Assembly (NCBI GenBank): GCA_027604505.1 | Contig: JADIIX010000007.1 | Location: 248,001-293,766 of the forward strand | Origin: Gonapodya sp. JEL0774 | Lineage: Eukaryota | Length of the DNA: 45,766 nucleotides | Reading direction: 5' to 3' | In this document: positions 11,607 to 25,339 of the stretch, in pieces | Layout of the letters: each line of letters starts with the position of its first letter | How positions within the stretch are numbered: the first letter of the stretch is position 1 | Position numbers and translations under genes: made by a program | Notes under the pieces: model-generated | The model's input: only the letters and a program-made list of their open reading frames with translations | What the model was told of the DNA's origin: nothing | Databases searched by the model: none

Positions 11607-13962
11607 TCACTTCGTGCTTTTGTTCGACAAATATAGGAAAAATATGAAAAGAAATATCATAAGCGCTAAGAGCAAGGCTGAGAGATAGCATTTGGATCGA
11701 TGTAGGAGCTGCGATGCACATACAGATGAATTTGATCAGTAATCTCGTGCCACTAACCTTTAATGCCTACCAAAAGCAAGCATCAACAGGATACCAGTAC
11801 ACACACTCACCCGTACAAAAGAGTTTGAATTCGCAAGCTGCTGCGAATTTGGATACATCAAATCAAGGCACCCAGGGGACTCAATGACGATCGTCGTCTG
11901 TCCAGGACTTTGTTGTTCATCACCAGTATAGGGTGGCATTTCAAAGAGAGTTGCATCCTCAGGCTTGATTGCATTGCTTTTGAAGACCATGCGAATCCGA
12001 GATGATTCAAGAAAGTCGTTGTCCGTTGCGAAGAGTATTGCCTCGAAAATGTTGTACTTGACAGATCCGGTATCTTGCTCAGACTGTTTGCGCATGCCAC
12101 GTGTCGTATCAGTCATTAAATCGGGTGCAGGTTGCGACTTGGCCGAATCTACCAGGGAATGGGCGTTCATTATCGATGTCGTTACTGGCGCAAGCCCCGT
12201 CGCCATTGCATCATTCGTTTCGGATCGTGGTCCAGCTAACTGGCTTCCCCTTCCAAAAGGCTTGACGGTATCGTAGGTATCCCCGTCAGGCGCGTCCGTA
12301 TCATTTTCAAGCCTTTCCTTCTTGTCAGTTCTGACAAGCTTCAGCCAGTCTTCAAAAGTGCATGAAGCACCAGCAGCTGTCTGTGCATTGGCAAAAGAAA
12401 GCGTACGACGGCGGTTTCGTGCTGTTTTGGGAACCACATCGTTCACCCTCGAGGGGTCAATCAATTCAGTGAACTGTGTTACCGTTCCAGCAGGTGCTAC
12501 AATCTTTTCCTGTTCACCAAGTTGAATGGACCGTCCAGGTGCTCTGGCGATCGTTTTCAAGTTAAGTCGTCTGCTCGAGCCAAATGGGGGTGCAGAGATC
12601 GGTGACCGGGAGTCCTCAACCACGCTCCCTCCAGCCGAAAACGTGATTGAACCAGAGGGAGCCGACATTGGTGACTGTATCGGTAACTCCAGTGCAACGT
12701 ATTGCTTCTCACCGGGGACGAAATAAGACGCCCGCCGTGGTTTTCCAGCAGTGCCCAAGGGTGCTCCACTTGACCCTTCAGCATCCAATGGCCGGCCCCT
12801 GACCGGGCTCGATCGAATAAGCGACCCTTTCCGCTTCCAAGCCGCGGGCATTATCAACGGTGGTGTCGCATCAGTTTCCTCCAAAACAGTTGGAGCGCCC
12901 AGTGTCCAAGTTTGTGGGCCACGCTCGACCTCTTCCACATATGGACTCTTTGGCTCAGCAGGTGGTAGAGCCTCAGGTGGGGGTTTTAGGGATTTTCGGG
13001 GATTCATGAGTGGAGGGAGTCCACCTGTGTCAATTCGTGGAGTGATAACTTGATGCCATGTCAGGCAAAAACAACTTAGGTTAGAGTCTCGCTCGGAGGG
13101 CAAGCACATAGTTATGTGGCTTACGTGAGGTTCGCTTTTTGGACGGAGCACTAGGAGATATCGCTTCCGCGGAGGTTTTCAATCCACCTTCTGAAGGCCT
13201 CCCAGTTTCACGCAATTTATATGAAGCCTCAGCTTCCGACAATTCAGGGACAGGAGTCATTTTCAAAGAAGGCCTGGTTCTTGAAATTCGGGGATCATCG
13301 TCCTGCGAATCCTCATCTTGGCCGAGGATTTCGCGCTCTTGTTCTTCAGACAATCGAACCATAAAGTACTGCACGTTACCGATAATGTCTGTATTCGTTA
13401 GCGGGTTTAATACGTGCAGTCGGTGTATCAATTTCTTTCCTAAGTAGACTTGCGTTTGGAAGAGCACTTTGTTCAGCTGGAAGGCATCATAATACGAATA
13501 GAACGCCTTGTCAGGCTGCTTATGATCCCATGTTTGAACTCGTGCGATGATGAAGTTACGTGTTCCTTTCGGGTCTGTCAGGAGGTGCGCTCGAATCAAG
13601 TCTCCTAGGCACTCGATTGTGAAACAGTCTTCGTAGTCAGCAGAGACAGAGTCCAACACAGTCTTGCCCGAAGAGTCCATAAGCTTGATAATATCTCCGT
13701 CCATCTCCAGGGGGTCGGCCGTTGCTTTCACAAGCTTGGACAGATCCTTTGGGGGACGAAGAGGCGTTGGAGGCTCAGGAGGCGGTTGATAGTGTGTTAC
13801 TACGATAGGCGCCCGTGGAGAAAGTGGAAGATTGGGGATCAAAATGCTCAACGGCTCAGGTCCGTTGACAGATCTTTCTTGCGATTGCCGATAATTCCTG
13901 TCACCATCCGCGCGTTGTCCGGCATCGGTTCTTTGCTCAGTCTCTTCCGGTGTCGCAGACAT
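11607..13962 (-). CDS. DUF5092-like protein of unknown function with C-terminal transmembrane anchor
   Basis: Blocks FIIARVQTWD...FYSYYDAFQLNKVLF...HRLHVLNPLTN..IIGNVQYF and AILFATDNDFL resemble DUF5092 as recalled (not searched); intron 13049-13124 joins the two ORFs; terminal exon 11708-11607 encodes LLHRSKCYLSALLLALMIFLFIFFLYLSNKSTK*. Confidence 0.7.
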
Positions 13963-14427
13963 AGATATAACTTCAAACTTTTCGTCGGATAGGACAGAAT
14001 TCGAGTTCGGACTATTCTGAGCGTGTGAGAGGAGGCTGATGTTTTCTTGACTCCCTGGCGACGAGTTCTTTGCTTCAAGAGAGTCGTCACTTGGTCCAGA
14101 AGATAGGCCGGCGGAATCTAGATTGAAGTAATCGCTGTTTGCGGAGGGACGCTGAGAATACCAGATAGAATGCGAGAATGTGCGAATGGAATTTGTGGGA
14201 ATGGTTGATGACCATATTTACAAGGATCGAAAAGGGCAAAGCTTTCAAGACTTGATGTAGAGCTCACATTCATAACATTACACTGGCGTCCACGGGGAAC
14301 CGTGATGCGTGCAAGATCTGAGCGCGGGATGGCACTGGGAGGGACTCTGAATGTGCACAGACGATCCTCTCTTCGCCAGGCCTATTTACAATATACACAT
14401 TGTATTTCTGATGCAACTATGTACACA

Positions 14428-17400
14428 CTAGAAGCGTAGCTCTCCCAGGATTTTGTTACAAACACGCTGGTATATGAACGGGTCCCCCCGGATTCGCCGA
14501 AACTGAATGCCATGCAGAGAGAAAAAGCCAAGCTTCACAATCGAGATTTCAAACCGGACAGAGAATGAGCGATTTTGCGTGGGAATATTGTCGTGAGACA
14601 GTTGTGAGTTTGCGGTCTGAGGGGTGTTGTGGGAACCTGCGGGTTGGGGAGTGACAGTGGGGAAGTTCGGTAAGGCCACGGTGCTTACGATGGCGGTAGT
14701 ACCCGTGGTGTGGACAGTTGGCAAGTGTGGAGGAGGTTTCGGGGTGCTACTATTAATCGGAGTGCCCGGTGCACCACCTCCGAAAAATGATGCCAGGGAC
14801 GAAAATGCTTGGGTGAGGGCACTTGGTGGTTGATGCTGTGAGGCGGTTGGGGGTGTCGGCAGTAAAGTCGATAAGGGTGGAAGTCCAGGAGACTCTAGTC
14901 CCGTGAGCAGAGACGAACGTTGGGTATGCGACTTGCTCGATGACCTTGTAATCAGGCTCTCGGTCAAAAGAGCGTGGCTCAATGATGAGTAATTGTCACC
15001 CAGACATGGCTTTGCGTCCGACGACTCTTCTGTTTGCTTGGTTGTCTGAGCAAACGATTCTGTGCTCATATCTTCCTGACATGCTTCCGTGATTCCGTCA
15101 ACAGATTCCCCAATCGAACCATCCACAGAATTGAGAGGAAGGGGAGGAAGTGGATAAGATTTGCTCAATGAATTGCCAGAGCTGGCAACTTTGGTCCCTG
15201 GACCCAACCTTCCAGTGTTGGAATCCAGTGCGAATGAACCATCCCCAACTAGCTTGGGGGCCACGAATTCTACAGTAACTTCATCTTTTGTTCCCACTTT
15301 CTCCAATCCACCTACAGAATCTCGCCTTGATAGCCTTTCTTCTGACGTTTTGTCCAAGAAGGTGCTCAGAAGAACTGGGGTGGGTGCAGCGGAGAGTGGA
15401 GTGCTTCTGACAGCATTCTCGACGGCACTTTCGATTGCAGCGACCATGGCAGCCGCTTCACTCGCTCCCAGAATGGAAAATGCCGAATGGGCGCCACCCG
15501 TACCGGGAGGGCTCCTGGAAGGTTCCGGTGGGCGAGACCACGTTGCCACGACAGAAGAAGTGTTCTGCGGAGGAACACTGCCAGCAGCGTCTTTTGCACT
15601 ATCACTTTCCACAACGCTTTTTGTCGTGGGACAAATGATGATTTGTTGCAATCTGGATTTGTCGGGGTCGGATGCGCCAGAGTCTTTCCGTGAAGTGGAT
15701 AAAGATATGTTGGCTCGCTCGGGTGATTCAAGAAATATGTACTTTCCAGATAGAGGACCTATGACAGAAGTTAGAAGAGAGCAGTACTCAGAACCCAACA
15801 CGGTTCAACCGATATTCCGCGAAGCCCCACAGTCTGTGAAGCGTTCACACACCTGAATCCACGGACGCTTCCACCAGGACCGTCGGCTCCCGTCGCGAGA
15901 GATCACTTTCCGCTGCTCTAACGGGAGTTCGTGCAGGGTCAGACTCCAAAGTAGCTGGATCGAAGCTCGGTTTCACTGCCGCTGGCAGCTTCGTGAGTGC
16001 TGATGAAATCGCGGAGCTCAGATTGCCAGGAGTCCACGCTAATCCACTAAGACGTTTGACGCTTGATCCTGGTAAGCCTTGGAGCGATCCCATAAAGTTT
16101 GATGGTGACACAAGTCCTGACGATAAAAATGACTCCTCCATCCGTGAAGCAATCTCGCTAGCACTGTCCACCGTGCTCGCGCCGGGTCCACCACTGAACG
16201 ACGTAGTTTTGCTCCAGAAGGCGGCATTAGTACTATCGTTTGGGCCCGATGGACTTGGAGCAACCGCTGCCGATGACAAGGAAGACAGACGCTTCACCAT
16301 CGCGGCTGCGTCAGCCGTCCCGCGAATCGTGCTTCCCTGGCCTGCACCACCGCCGACCGCAAAATTTATACTCGGAAGATACTCGCACTCGAATCCACCC
16401 CACATCTCGACATAGCGGAAGCCGTTCCTATGGAGGACTTCGATCAAGCGAGCTCGAATAGCCGACGGGGGCTGGTTGGTGGTGTTAGATACGGAAAAGA
16501 GACCCTTGAGATCCACAGGTAATATGTGCTCATCCGCGCGAGGGTTTGAGTCCGATCCCGGCATCCACAGTCCGCTCGCCGAAGACGGAGTTGTAGGATT
16601 TCGTGAAACTGGCAGAGTGGCCATGCCCGCGACCGAGGAAAATGCTAACCGGGAGAACGGTTGTTCTGAGGTAGCACTGTATGGGAAAATGTGGTGTATC
16701 TCCTTTCCGAGAGGAGTATCTGTTTGTATCCATCTGAGGTTCTCAATCTTCAGTTCCTCGATCGTTGCACTCTTTGGTCGTGCCGCACCACTCCGTGCGC
16801 GACCAGTTTCGTTATGGTAGTGGGAACGTTCCGTCGCAGTCCTCCTCAGCCGAGCGTCTGAGCCAATTTCACCGACAGGTGATGGATACGGTGCTCCGGC
16901 CATCTGCACTCCCAGTACGTTTGGCCGTGTGGCTAACGACAGCGACGGATGACGATTTGTGTGCTTTCTGACCTGCAGTCTAGGTACAGCACGGGAGTCC
17001 GCTCCATCAAGATCTCCCTGCCTGTCTTGCAGACGTCCCGACACTTCTTCCATAACAGTGCTGCGATCCACAGACGGAACTCGCTGATGTCGACCCGACA
17101 GTCCTGCTAGGTGCACACTACGGGATCGGCCAGGCTTGCGTTGATGCCAAGCAACAGCGGCCGGTCGGGAGGAACGTTCGCCGCCAACAGCAGGGTTCGA
17201 TGCTATGGTTCCTTCACTAACCTGCGATATATCAACTTGAACCAACCTCTCCTGGGACAATATATCATCCTGGCGAGCCGTCCCGGTTGTTGACAAAACG
17301 GGAGACCTCGGGATTGCAGTCTCCATTTGTAGGGCCGGAGAACTGATTGCCACTCTACTCTCCCTTGGTAGAAGCTTATCCCTCATCCCTAAACCTAAAC

Positions 17401-20400
17401 TCCCAACCATCCAACCCGCCGTGTCTGCATGCTCTCGGACACTACCTTTCTGCACATCCATGTCCAAATCGGACTCAAAACTCGACACGGGTGGCGCGTC
17501 ACCCCTGCCATGCCTCGGCGTTGCCGCTGCTGGGCCTAAACCGCCTCCCATGGATACGCTGAGTCGCCGTGACGCGGAGACCGAGAATCCGGCGCCAGCG
17601 CCGAGGGGGGAGAGCCCAGTGGATACGTCAGCCATTTGAGAGTGTGAAATGGAGGCGGAACCCTTGTCGCTGCCTACAAGCGCTCCTGGTAATGTGCCCG
17701 ATCCTCTCACGTAACTTTTCTCCAGAGGTGCGTCGATCGCACCGTCCATAACTGCATCCGAACCACCCCCAAACTCAGGTGCACAAACACTGGTCTCTCC
17801 TAACAGCATCACCGGCCCCGCACTTATAGACCTGGGCCTCGAACCTGCCGAGGAACCCTCAGAGTGTACTCCAAGAACCTCGACTTGTTCGCCACCACCT
17901 CGATTCCTCTCGCAAAGATCCCTGCTAGATACGCCCACATCCTCGACTCGGACCAGTCGTCCATCACTCTCCTGGTCCACTGATGCTCCATTTCCATTCT
18001 CCACCCACCGTCCCGACCATCGCCGTCCAAGCTCAGATGCCGTCTGCACGAGAAATGGTGTGGCCGGAACGGCATCCACGGTGGAATCTCCGTGCACGGT
18101 CGCGCATACGAGATTGGATGGCATTGGCTGTGGATCAGGTGGCTTCCGCCCTTGTCCACCCTCATCCGGCCTCCCTTCCTCCACAGTCCTTCCACTCGAT
18201 TCCTTCACCTCTCCTTCCCCATCCCCATCTCTGTCCATCTTCTCCCTCACCAAATGATACACGCTTAAAACTGCCCCGCCTCCCTTCTCCAACGCCCTCT
18301 CCATCTCCTTCTTCACCTCCGAGATTCCTCCCCACCCAAAGCCAGTCATCCTCCTCAACACCCTCACATCCAGTCCATCCTTGGTCAACGGCATGCGAGG
18401 TGGGACGAACGAGGAGGGTGGACCGTCGTACCCGCGGAGCATCCACGGGTGAGACAGGAGTTCCTCCATGGTCGCTCTGTTGGCAGGGTCCACCACAAGG
18501 AGGCGGGAGAGGAGATGCTTGCAGTCTGGGCACGGAGTGAGATAGTGGTGGTGAAGGTGAAGGGAAGCGGAGCAATGTCAAACGTTTGGGGTTGTCAGCC
18601 ATCATTGTCCCTCCCATGTCCCAAACATCCGTACGCCGATCACCGAAACTCACCACCTGACAGATACCCCGGATACTCCACAACACCCTCTTTAATTTTC
18701 GCGTGCAAAACCCCCATATCTGCGTCGTCAAAGGGGACTTTACCGCATACGAGGACGTAAAGGACCACCCCGAGAGCCCATATGTCCACTTCCGGACCTG
18801 TGTAAGGGGTGCCGGAGAGGAGTTCGGGTGCTGTTGGGGAAGATAGATCAATGGTGGTAGGAGATGGCAGCGAATGTGAAATGTGAGGGTTTATGTGTGC
18901 TTCTACTCTCGTCCGTATGAGGGCGTCGCACGTCTATGCACTCTAACTTCTCGGAGACCATCATCCATAGCTCACCTGCAAAATACAAACTCCCACAAAA
19001 GGTCCGCAAAACACCCCCTTCTTCGTATAAGTTCGCCAGACCAAAGTCAATGATCTTCACGTCACCCGTGCGATCGACAAGGATATTTTCAATTTTAAGG
19101 TCACGGTGGACGATCGAGTTGCGGTGACAATAGTCTAGGACAGGGTGTAACAATGGGAAAGGGTGAGTGAATTATTGGGCCGAAGGATGGACTCGGGAAT
19201 CTTGAACACCATACAAGAGAGCAGTCACCGAGCACAATCCAACTTTTGCAGGTGTTATTTGATCCTTCCATTGCATTCATTCAAGTCCATGTGCTTCAAA
19301 CTGAGCCGGGTAATACTCTTACAACTTTCCCTCCCACCGCCCCTTCCCCGCCCCATTACCACCAAAAAATTTTGGAACTTATTGTCGTCGAAGTTCCTGA
19401 GACTGGAAATCAACTGTGGAGTCCCAACTCACCTATTCCCCCACCCACCATTCTCACGAACCGCCTTGCCTGCTTCTCCCTCAACCTCCCGTGACCAATA
19501 ATAAAATCAAGTAGCTGTGCGCCATCAACGTGCTCGAAGAACAAGTAAAAATTCGAGCCGTCGGAGGCGAACGAGAGGAGGGACGCTATATGGGGGTGAT
19601 GGAGGAGGAGCATGAGGGAGGCTTCCCGTAGCACGCGGGGGGGCCGGGAGGTGGAAGAATGAGATGAAGGTTGGGAAAGCTGGAGGAGAGAGAGGAGGGA
19701 TGAGGTGGGGCCGAGAAGTGTGGTGGTTGGTGGGAGAGGAGGGTGACGGGGGATGATCTTACAAGCGCGCTGGGAGTAAGACAAATGTGGCAAGAAACCA
19801 CAAATGAGTATGTACAAGAAAAGGGTAAAGGAGAGCGTAGGCAGGCACTCGTTTGTCAGTGTTTCCTTTCCTTTTTGCCAAACGTATTTCGTCTCGTGAG
19901 CTACCAACTCCCTCCTAATCGTAAACTCCTCATCCAAATGCAATATCCAAACTCTTTGGTTCAACGTTTGACGTAAAAGTATAGTCTGAGCACTCAGAGT
20001 GATATTGGGGTAGTTTTGGGGAATGGGTGACGCCGGGGCAATCACGACCACCGGCCACGCATTAGGCACTCCATGCGATTCCGCTCAATGTCCACAGTCT
20101 CCCACCTGCAGGTGGGCCTGGCCGATCGCAACTACCCAACCAGAGGACCCAGTACTTCATGCGTGTCCTCCCTTCCTTGCCCAGTCTGGAGGGCTACATG
20201 ATACCCTTCCCACATTCTTAGTGTACATCTTACTCTGTCTCCGGTTTCCATCTTCTTCAGACACAAAATTTTGCGGGCTCCCATCGCAAACCCTACTGCC
20301 CAATCTTAACTTCTGTGTTCAATTGACCATATCCCTTGTGCAAGTCCTTGAGGCCCTCTGTGCTTTCCGTGCAACACCAGTATGGGATGTGTCCTCAAAT

Positions 20401-20764
20401 ATCCACGCTCCCTCGGCAGTCCTTGCAGCGAACGAGACCAGCTCACCTTCTCCCCTGTCACTACATTCACTGCGAGTTTAACTTTTCCCATGCTCCCTTG
20501 GCCGATAGTCTTAGTCAATCTGTAATCACCAATGACTTTCGCATGTTTCTGCTGAGGGTAAGAGTGGTGTGGGTGGTGGACTTGATGGGATGCGTCGACA
20601 GGTTTGGAGGAAACAAGAGGTTGCGGGGGTTGCGAGGGCCGAGAGGGATGGGGTGTGTTTGGTGGGTTGGGCGGATTGGGCGAGAAGATTGCTGATGAAT
20701 CGCCGACTGGAGAGCGTGCGTGTTCGGAGTCGGAGGGTGCAGCCACTGCAGCGGGTACTGACAT
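14428..20764 (-). CDS. KIN1: Kin1/MARK (Par-1) family Ser/Thr kinase with C-terminal KA1 domain
   Basis: [99 protein letters not shown]...[11 protein letters not shown] at the C-terminus; six exons, first intron ~675 nt. Confidence 0.93.
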
Positions 20765-21351
20765 GAGTTGGTGTGCTGGTGTGCGAGCGTGGACTTATGT
20801 CGGTATTTGTGCGCGCTGGTCTTGAGACCTGCAGTGAACGGCGTCGGTAGAATTCTGGCGTTGGGGGTCCAACTGCGTTCGACTGTGACAGCTCTATTCT
20901 GATTGAGCTAATGGGGTGAATACACGAAACAAGGGGAGAGTACGCTCGATTCAGACGGATTGGAGACCGCGGACGAGGTTGACTGAAAATTGAGCTACAG
21001 GTGACGTGGGTGTCTTGAAGTGCCTCCTGATAAATTGCAGCTGATTCTGTGATGACTTCTTCCCGCGGTCGCTGTGGGTCGCGATGGGGTCGCTGGTGAC
21101 GCTCCTCTCAGTGTCAGACACGGACATCTTTGAAATCAGACAACGGAAGGGAACAAATCACCTGTCACCCCAAGCACGCTTCAATCGTCAATCTGCCATT
21201 CATAATGCGCTGAATCCCGCTCTTCTTTCCTCGACGTCTCGCGTTTCCCCGCCTCCGTTCAGTTGTTGTGTGTGCCCGTCCAAGTGGCCACAGCACAATA
21301 TGCCAGTGCCGAACTGCATATTCAAGCTCAGTTTTCTACGAGGCCACGCTA

Positions 21352-24300
21352 ATGCCGTTCAAACCCGCAGAATCTCAGAATGAGCGTGCATCACTGGACA
21401 TGAATACTCGACAAGATGGTAGATCTGGGTGCGGATGTACCCACGATCACGATGCGACAGAAAGCGAAGACCGTGGGCAGTGCCACCGCGAAAGCTCGAG
21501 TGCTGCGTCGCTGCCGACACCACCAGCTTCGAGTGGAGTGGAAGATTGCGTGGATGCTCATGATGATGCCACTCCGGAGGAGAGCTCGGCCGTTGAACCC
21601 CCTCTTAACAGCAGCAATCTCTCCCGTTTCACACATTCTGGTTCCGCTCCGCCTGCTCGCATGCGCCCAATAGCAGCCGCTTCTCTTCTCCGACTTACTG
21701 CTGCTCAGGTCATTGTTTCCCTTGACTCTGCTGTCAAGGAGCTTGTCGAAAATTCTCTGGACGCAGGCTCCACGTCCATCCAAGTTGTCTTTCGGGACCA
21801 CGGACTTGGAGGGTTTTCCGTGGTAGACAATGGACGTGGAATAGCTAAGGAGGACTTTGAGGCCTTGGGTAGAAAGCATCACACGTCTAAAATTGCGTCG
21901 TATCAAGATTTGGGAAAGGTCGAGACATATGGCTTTCGAGGGGAGGCCGTCAATGCTCTGTGCGCATTGGCTGATGTAACCATCGTGACGGCGACAAAAG
22001 AACCCATGGGATACCAGCTAGGTGATTGAGCGTGGGGGAATATTGTTTATCGGGACACCGTCGCAGCCCTGTTTGTGCCCTGTTTGGGCACTCAGGTATT
22101 CGTCTCTGGCTCGGCTTAAATCCGCAGAAGGACAGATGGAATAATTACATTCACTGATTTGAGTATTTCTTTGAACTGTCATCCGCATATCTCATCTCTC
22201 CGACCCTGTTTTTGGCCCAATGCACATCTCTCGCTCTCTACATCCTCTCGTGCCCACCTAACTGCTCCTCTCCACTCTCCAATAATACACGCTACTTGAA
22301 CTCAACTCGCATAGACTTCTCCCCTACCTCCACACTTCGCCACCCTCCCACTCCAGCACCCAGACCCCGTGGGACCACGGTGTCCGTCACAAACCTCTTT
22401 CGGTCGCTCCCTGTCAGGCAGCAAGAATTTCGCCGCAATGTGAAAAGGGAGTTTGCAAAGGCGCTGGCGAGTGTGCAAAGCTTTGCAGTCGTGGCGACGG
22501 GGGTGAGAGTGTCTGTCATGAATGTCGTCAAGTGAGTTTGGTTATAAAAACGCAAGCGACGGAGTGAATGTTCTTGCGTCCACATTTTCACTGAAAGTGA
22601 AGTGATTGAGCCGTATCTCAGAGGGTATCAGAGTTCCAAAACCCACTCATCGATTCGCACATCTCAGTTCCCGCAATACATCCCTCCTCACCACAAAGGG
22701 ACATTCAACACTCCGATCCAATATTACTGACGTGTTTGGAGCCAAATCCGCCCAAGACCTCTTTGATTTCGATGTGCCACTCCTTATTGAGACCCCGTTG
22801 AAAGGTCACACCTCGTCTCACCCGCACTCGACTTCTACCACTGTACCGGACGCTGAATACTCTTTAGAACCACTGGAAGACAAACCTCTCACCGTCAGGG
22901 CTGTTGGCGCGATGTCGCTCCCGACACCGTCGGCGGGCCGGTCCTCGTCGGATCGCCGGCAGATATACATAAATGCGCGTCCATGTGACGCTCCCAAGCT
23001 CTCCAAAGTGATTGCGGAGGAGTGGCGGGCTGCTGGGGGAGCGGGAGCGGGTGGTGGTCTGGGAAGTGGGTCGGGGACAGGAGGATTCCCACAGTGCTTT
23101 CTGGACTTGAGATGTCCGACGGGTAGGTCACCCTTTCGAATTTCGGGTTGTATCGTCGGACATCGACTCGATGGTCTGTGCTGAGTCGCTAACTTCGGGC
23201 AGACTCGTACGATGTGAACGTAACACCCGACAAGCGAACAATATTTCTTCATCGGGAGGATGAGGTCATTGAGGCTCTTCGAGTGAGCTGCCGTCGCTTT
23301 TGTGAATACAGCTTGACGCGTTGAATTATTCGCCATGTAACTGTTACAAGGTTGCACTCCGTTCGCTCTTCGATCTGCAGAACACTCGTTATGCTGCCAA
23401 TCAAGTGAGGTGTATCGGCGCGAAAGGAAGGATGGGAACTGTGGTGAAAATGGGGAATCAGAGTCAGATGGGGGATGGAGAGGATGACGTTGATGAGGCC
23501 GTGGACAGGGTCTGGTCCGAGAGGAACTCCACGAATGAAAGGAACACCACGAATCTGAAACGGAAGGCGAGGGGAGGTGAACCTCGAAATGACGAAAGGG
23601 TGGACACCGACAAAGAGGAAGGAAGTGACCTAACAGAGGAGAGTGGATCACCTTTCCCAGAAGGGGAGGGTCACGCGTCACCGGTGCAGGACTCCCAAAA
23701 GCGTAATAGTGAAAATAGCGTGCACCCCGGTGAGGCTCTGCGTCGACCAGACTGTCTTACGTTCCCCGGTGATGAGAATGCGATTGAAGAGAGGATGGAT
23801 ATGAATGAGGTCAAGAGTGACGGCAGCTCCGACCAAGATAATCACGTTGATGCGGTATCTGAAGAGGAAGAGGAAAGCGGTATTGATGTGGATTCGGATC
23901 CAGTGCCTGAGGAACTCACGTTCAGTGGAACCTCTCTAATCGGAGGCAGCGCACCAACATCGCGCCCCTCCGCCAAATCAATAACTTCTACGCTTTCGAA
24001 TTTTCTCGCTCGTGCTGGTGGCCGCTCCGCTCTTCCTGGGCCACCACCTCCCATCCCGTCTACGAGTTTGCCCAAGTCTTCGCCTGGCAAGCACAGGAAC
24101 CGTCCCCGTAACTCTTTCACAGATAGTAGTGTCTCAGTAGCAGTTCCCAAGCGCCGAAGGTTGGAGCTTCATTCTTCAGGTGCTAAACTGGACCCAGCGA
24201 CGGCGACGGCAACGCGATGGAGAACGCCTGTTGCAATGAGAACGCATTTAGAATCCGTCAAAGCAGATGTGGACTTGCCTGCGTTGAGCAGTAGATTCAT

Positions 24301-25258
24301 GGCATATCGAAGGAGACGCAGAGAGGCGAATGCGGCTAAGGGAAACAGTACTTCTGAGGGGCTTAAGGTAGAAAAGTCGGATATCGGCTCCACAGCCACG
24401 GATAAAGCTGAGGACTTGCTCACGAGAACGGTGGCCAAAGGAGATTTTGACCGAATGAAGGTGGTTGGACAATTTAATATGGGCTTTATTCTGGTGACAT
24501 TGCCGAAGGTCCCTTATCGGGGCAGTGTGAGAAGTAGGGGGGAAAAGGAAATTGATCTGTTCATCGTGGATCAACATGCAAGGTGGGCCAGGACACATCT
24601 CTTTCTTGTTGGTTGTGACTGTTTGAAAGAGCCTTAATGTTATTTGCCAACCAGCGACGAAAAGTTCAACTTCGAAACACTCAAGACAACCACACCTATT
24701 CGAACTCAACCATTGATATTGTGAGCGCGACTACTGTTGACTATTGCTTTCACGGGGTCTCTATAACAGTCCGTTTCAGCCCTCGCCAACTCCACCTGAC
24801 TGCTCACGATGAGCTCACCCTCGCCGACAATCTTGAAGTCTTCTCCCGAAATGGGTTCGGTGTACATGTAAATTGGGATGCGCCGCCAACACAACGATGC
24901 AGTGTCGTGTCACTTCCGAACGTTGGTGGTGTGGATTTTTCCGAGAGAGATTTTGAGGAGCTGCTGGCAGCAGTAGTAGAACGCAATGGAGGCCAACAGG
25001 ATTTAGTATGTCCAAGGGTTAATGCCCTCTACGCCTCGCGAGGTACGCCCGTTTCGTCCTTATCATATGTGAAATTGAGTCTCCTTACACCAAACCTGGA
25101 TATTAATCACAGCCTGCCGTAAATCAGTTATGATAGGTGATCCATTGTCACGTGATGCAATGGAGAAGATCGTACGGCACATGTCTGGGATGATTGCACC
25201 TTGGAATTGTCCGCACGGACGCCCTACTATGCGACACGTCATTACGATTAAGGGATGA
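21352..25258 (+). CDS. PMS1: MutL-family mismatch-repair endonuclease (yeast Pms1 / human PMS2 type)
   Basis: GHKL ATPase motifs [85 protein letters not shown]; stop TGA at 25256-25258; start codon uncertain (21352 or 21400). Confidence 0.93.
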
Positions 25259-25339
25259 AGTGCTTATGTGGCATCTCAGTATCACCCCATTTTGTATATA
25301 ATACACACATGTGCATATGGTGCTCGACAGTGGTTGGGA

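Noticed and set aside
14264..14356. Inverted repeat CACATTCA/TGAATGTG enclosing a GC-rich stretch (ncRNA or riboswitch?)
   Set aside because: Only 8 bp of pairing, and no TPP, snoRNA or SECIS consensus could be matched.
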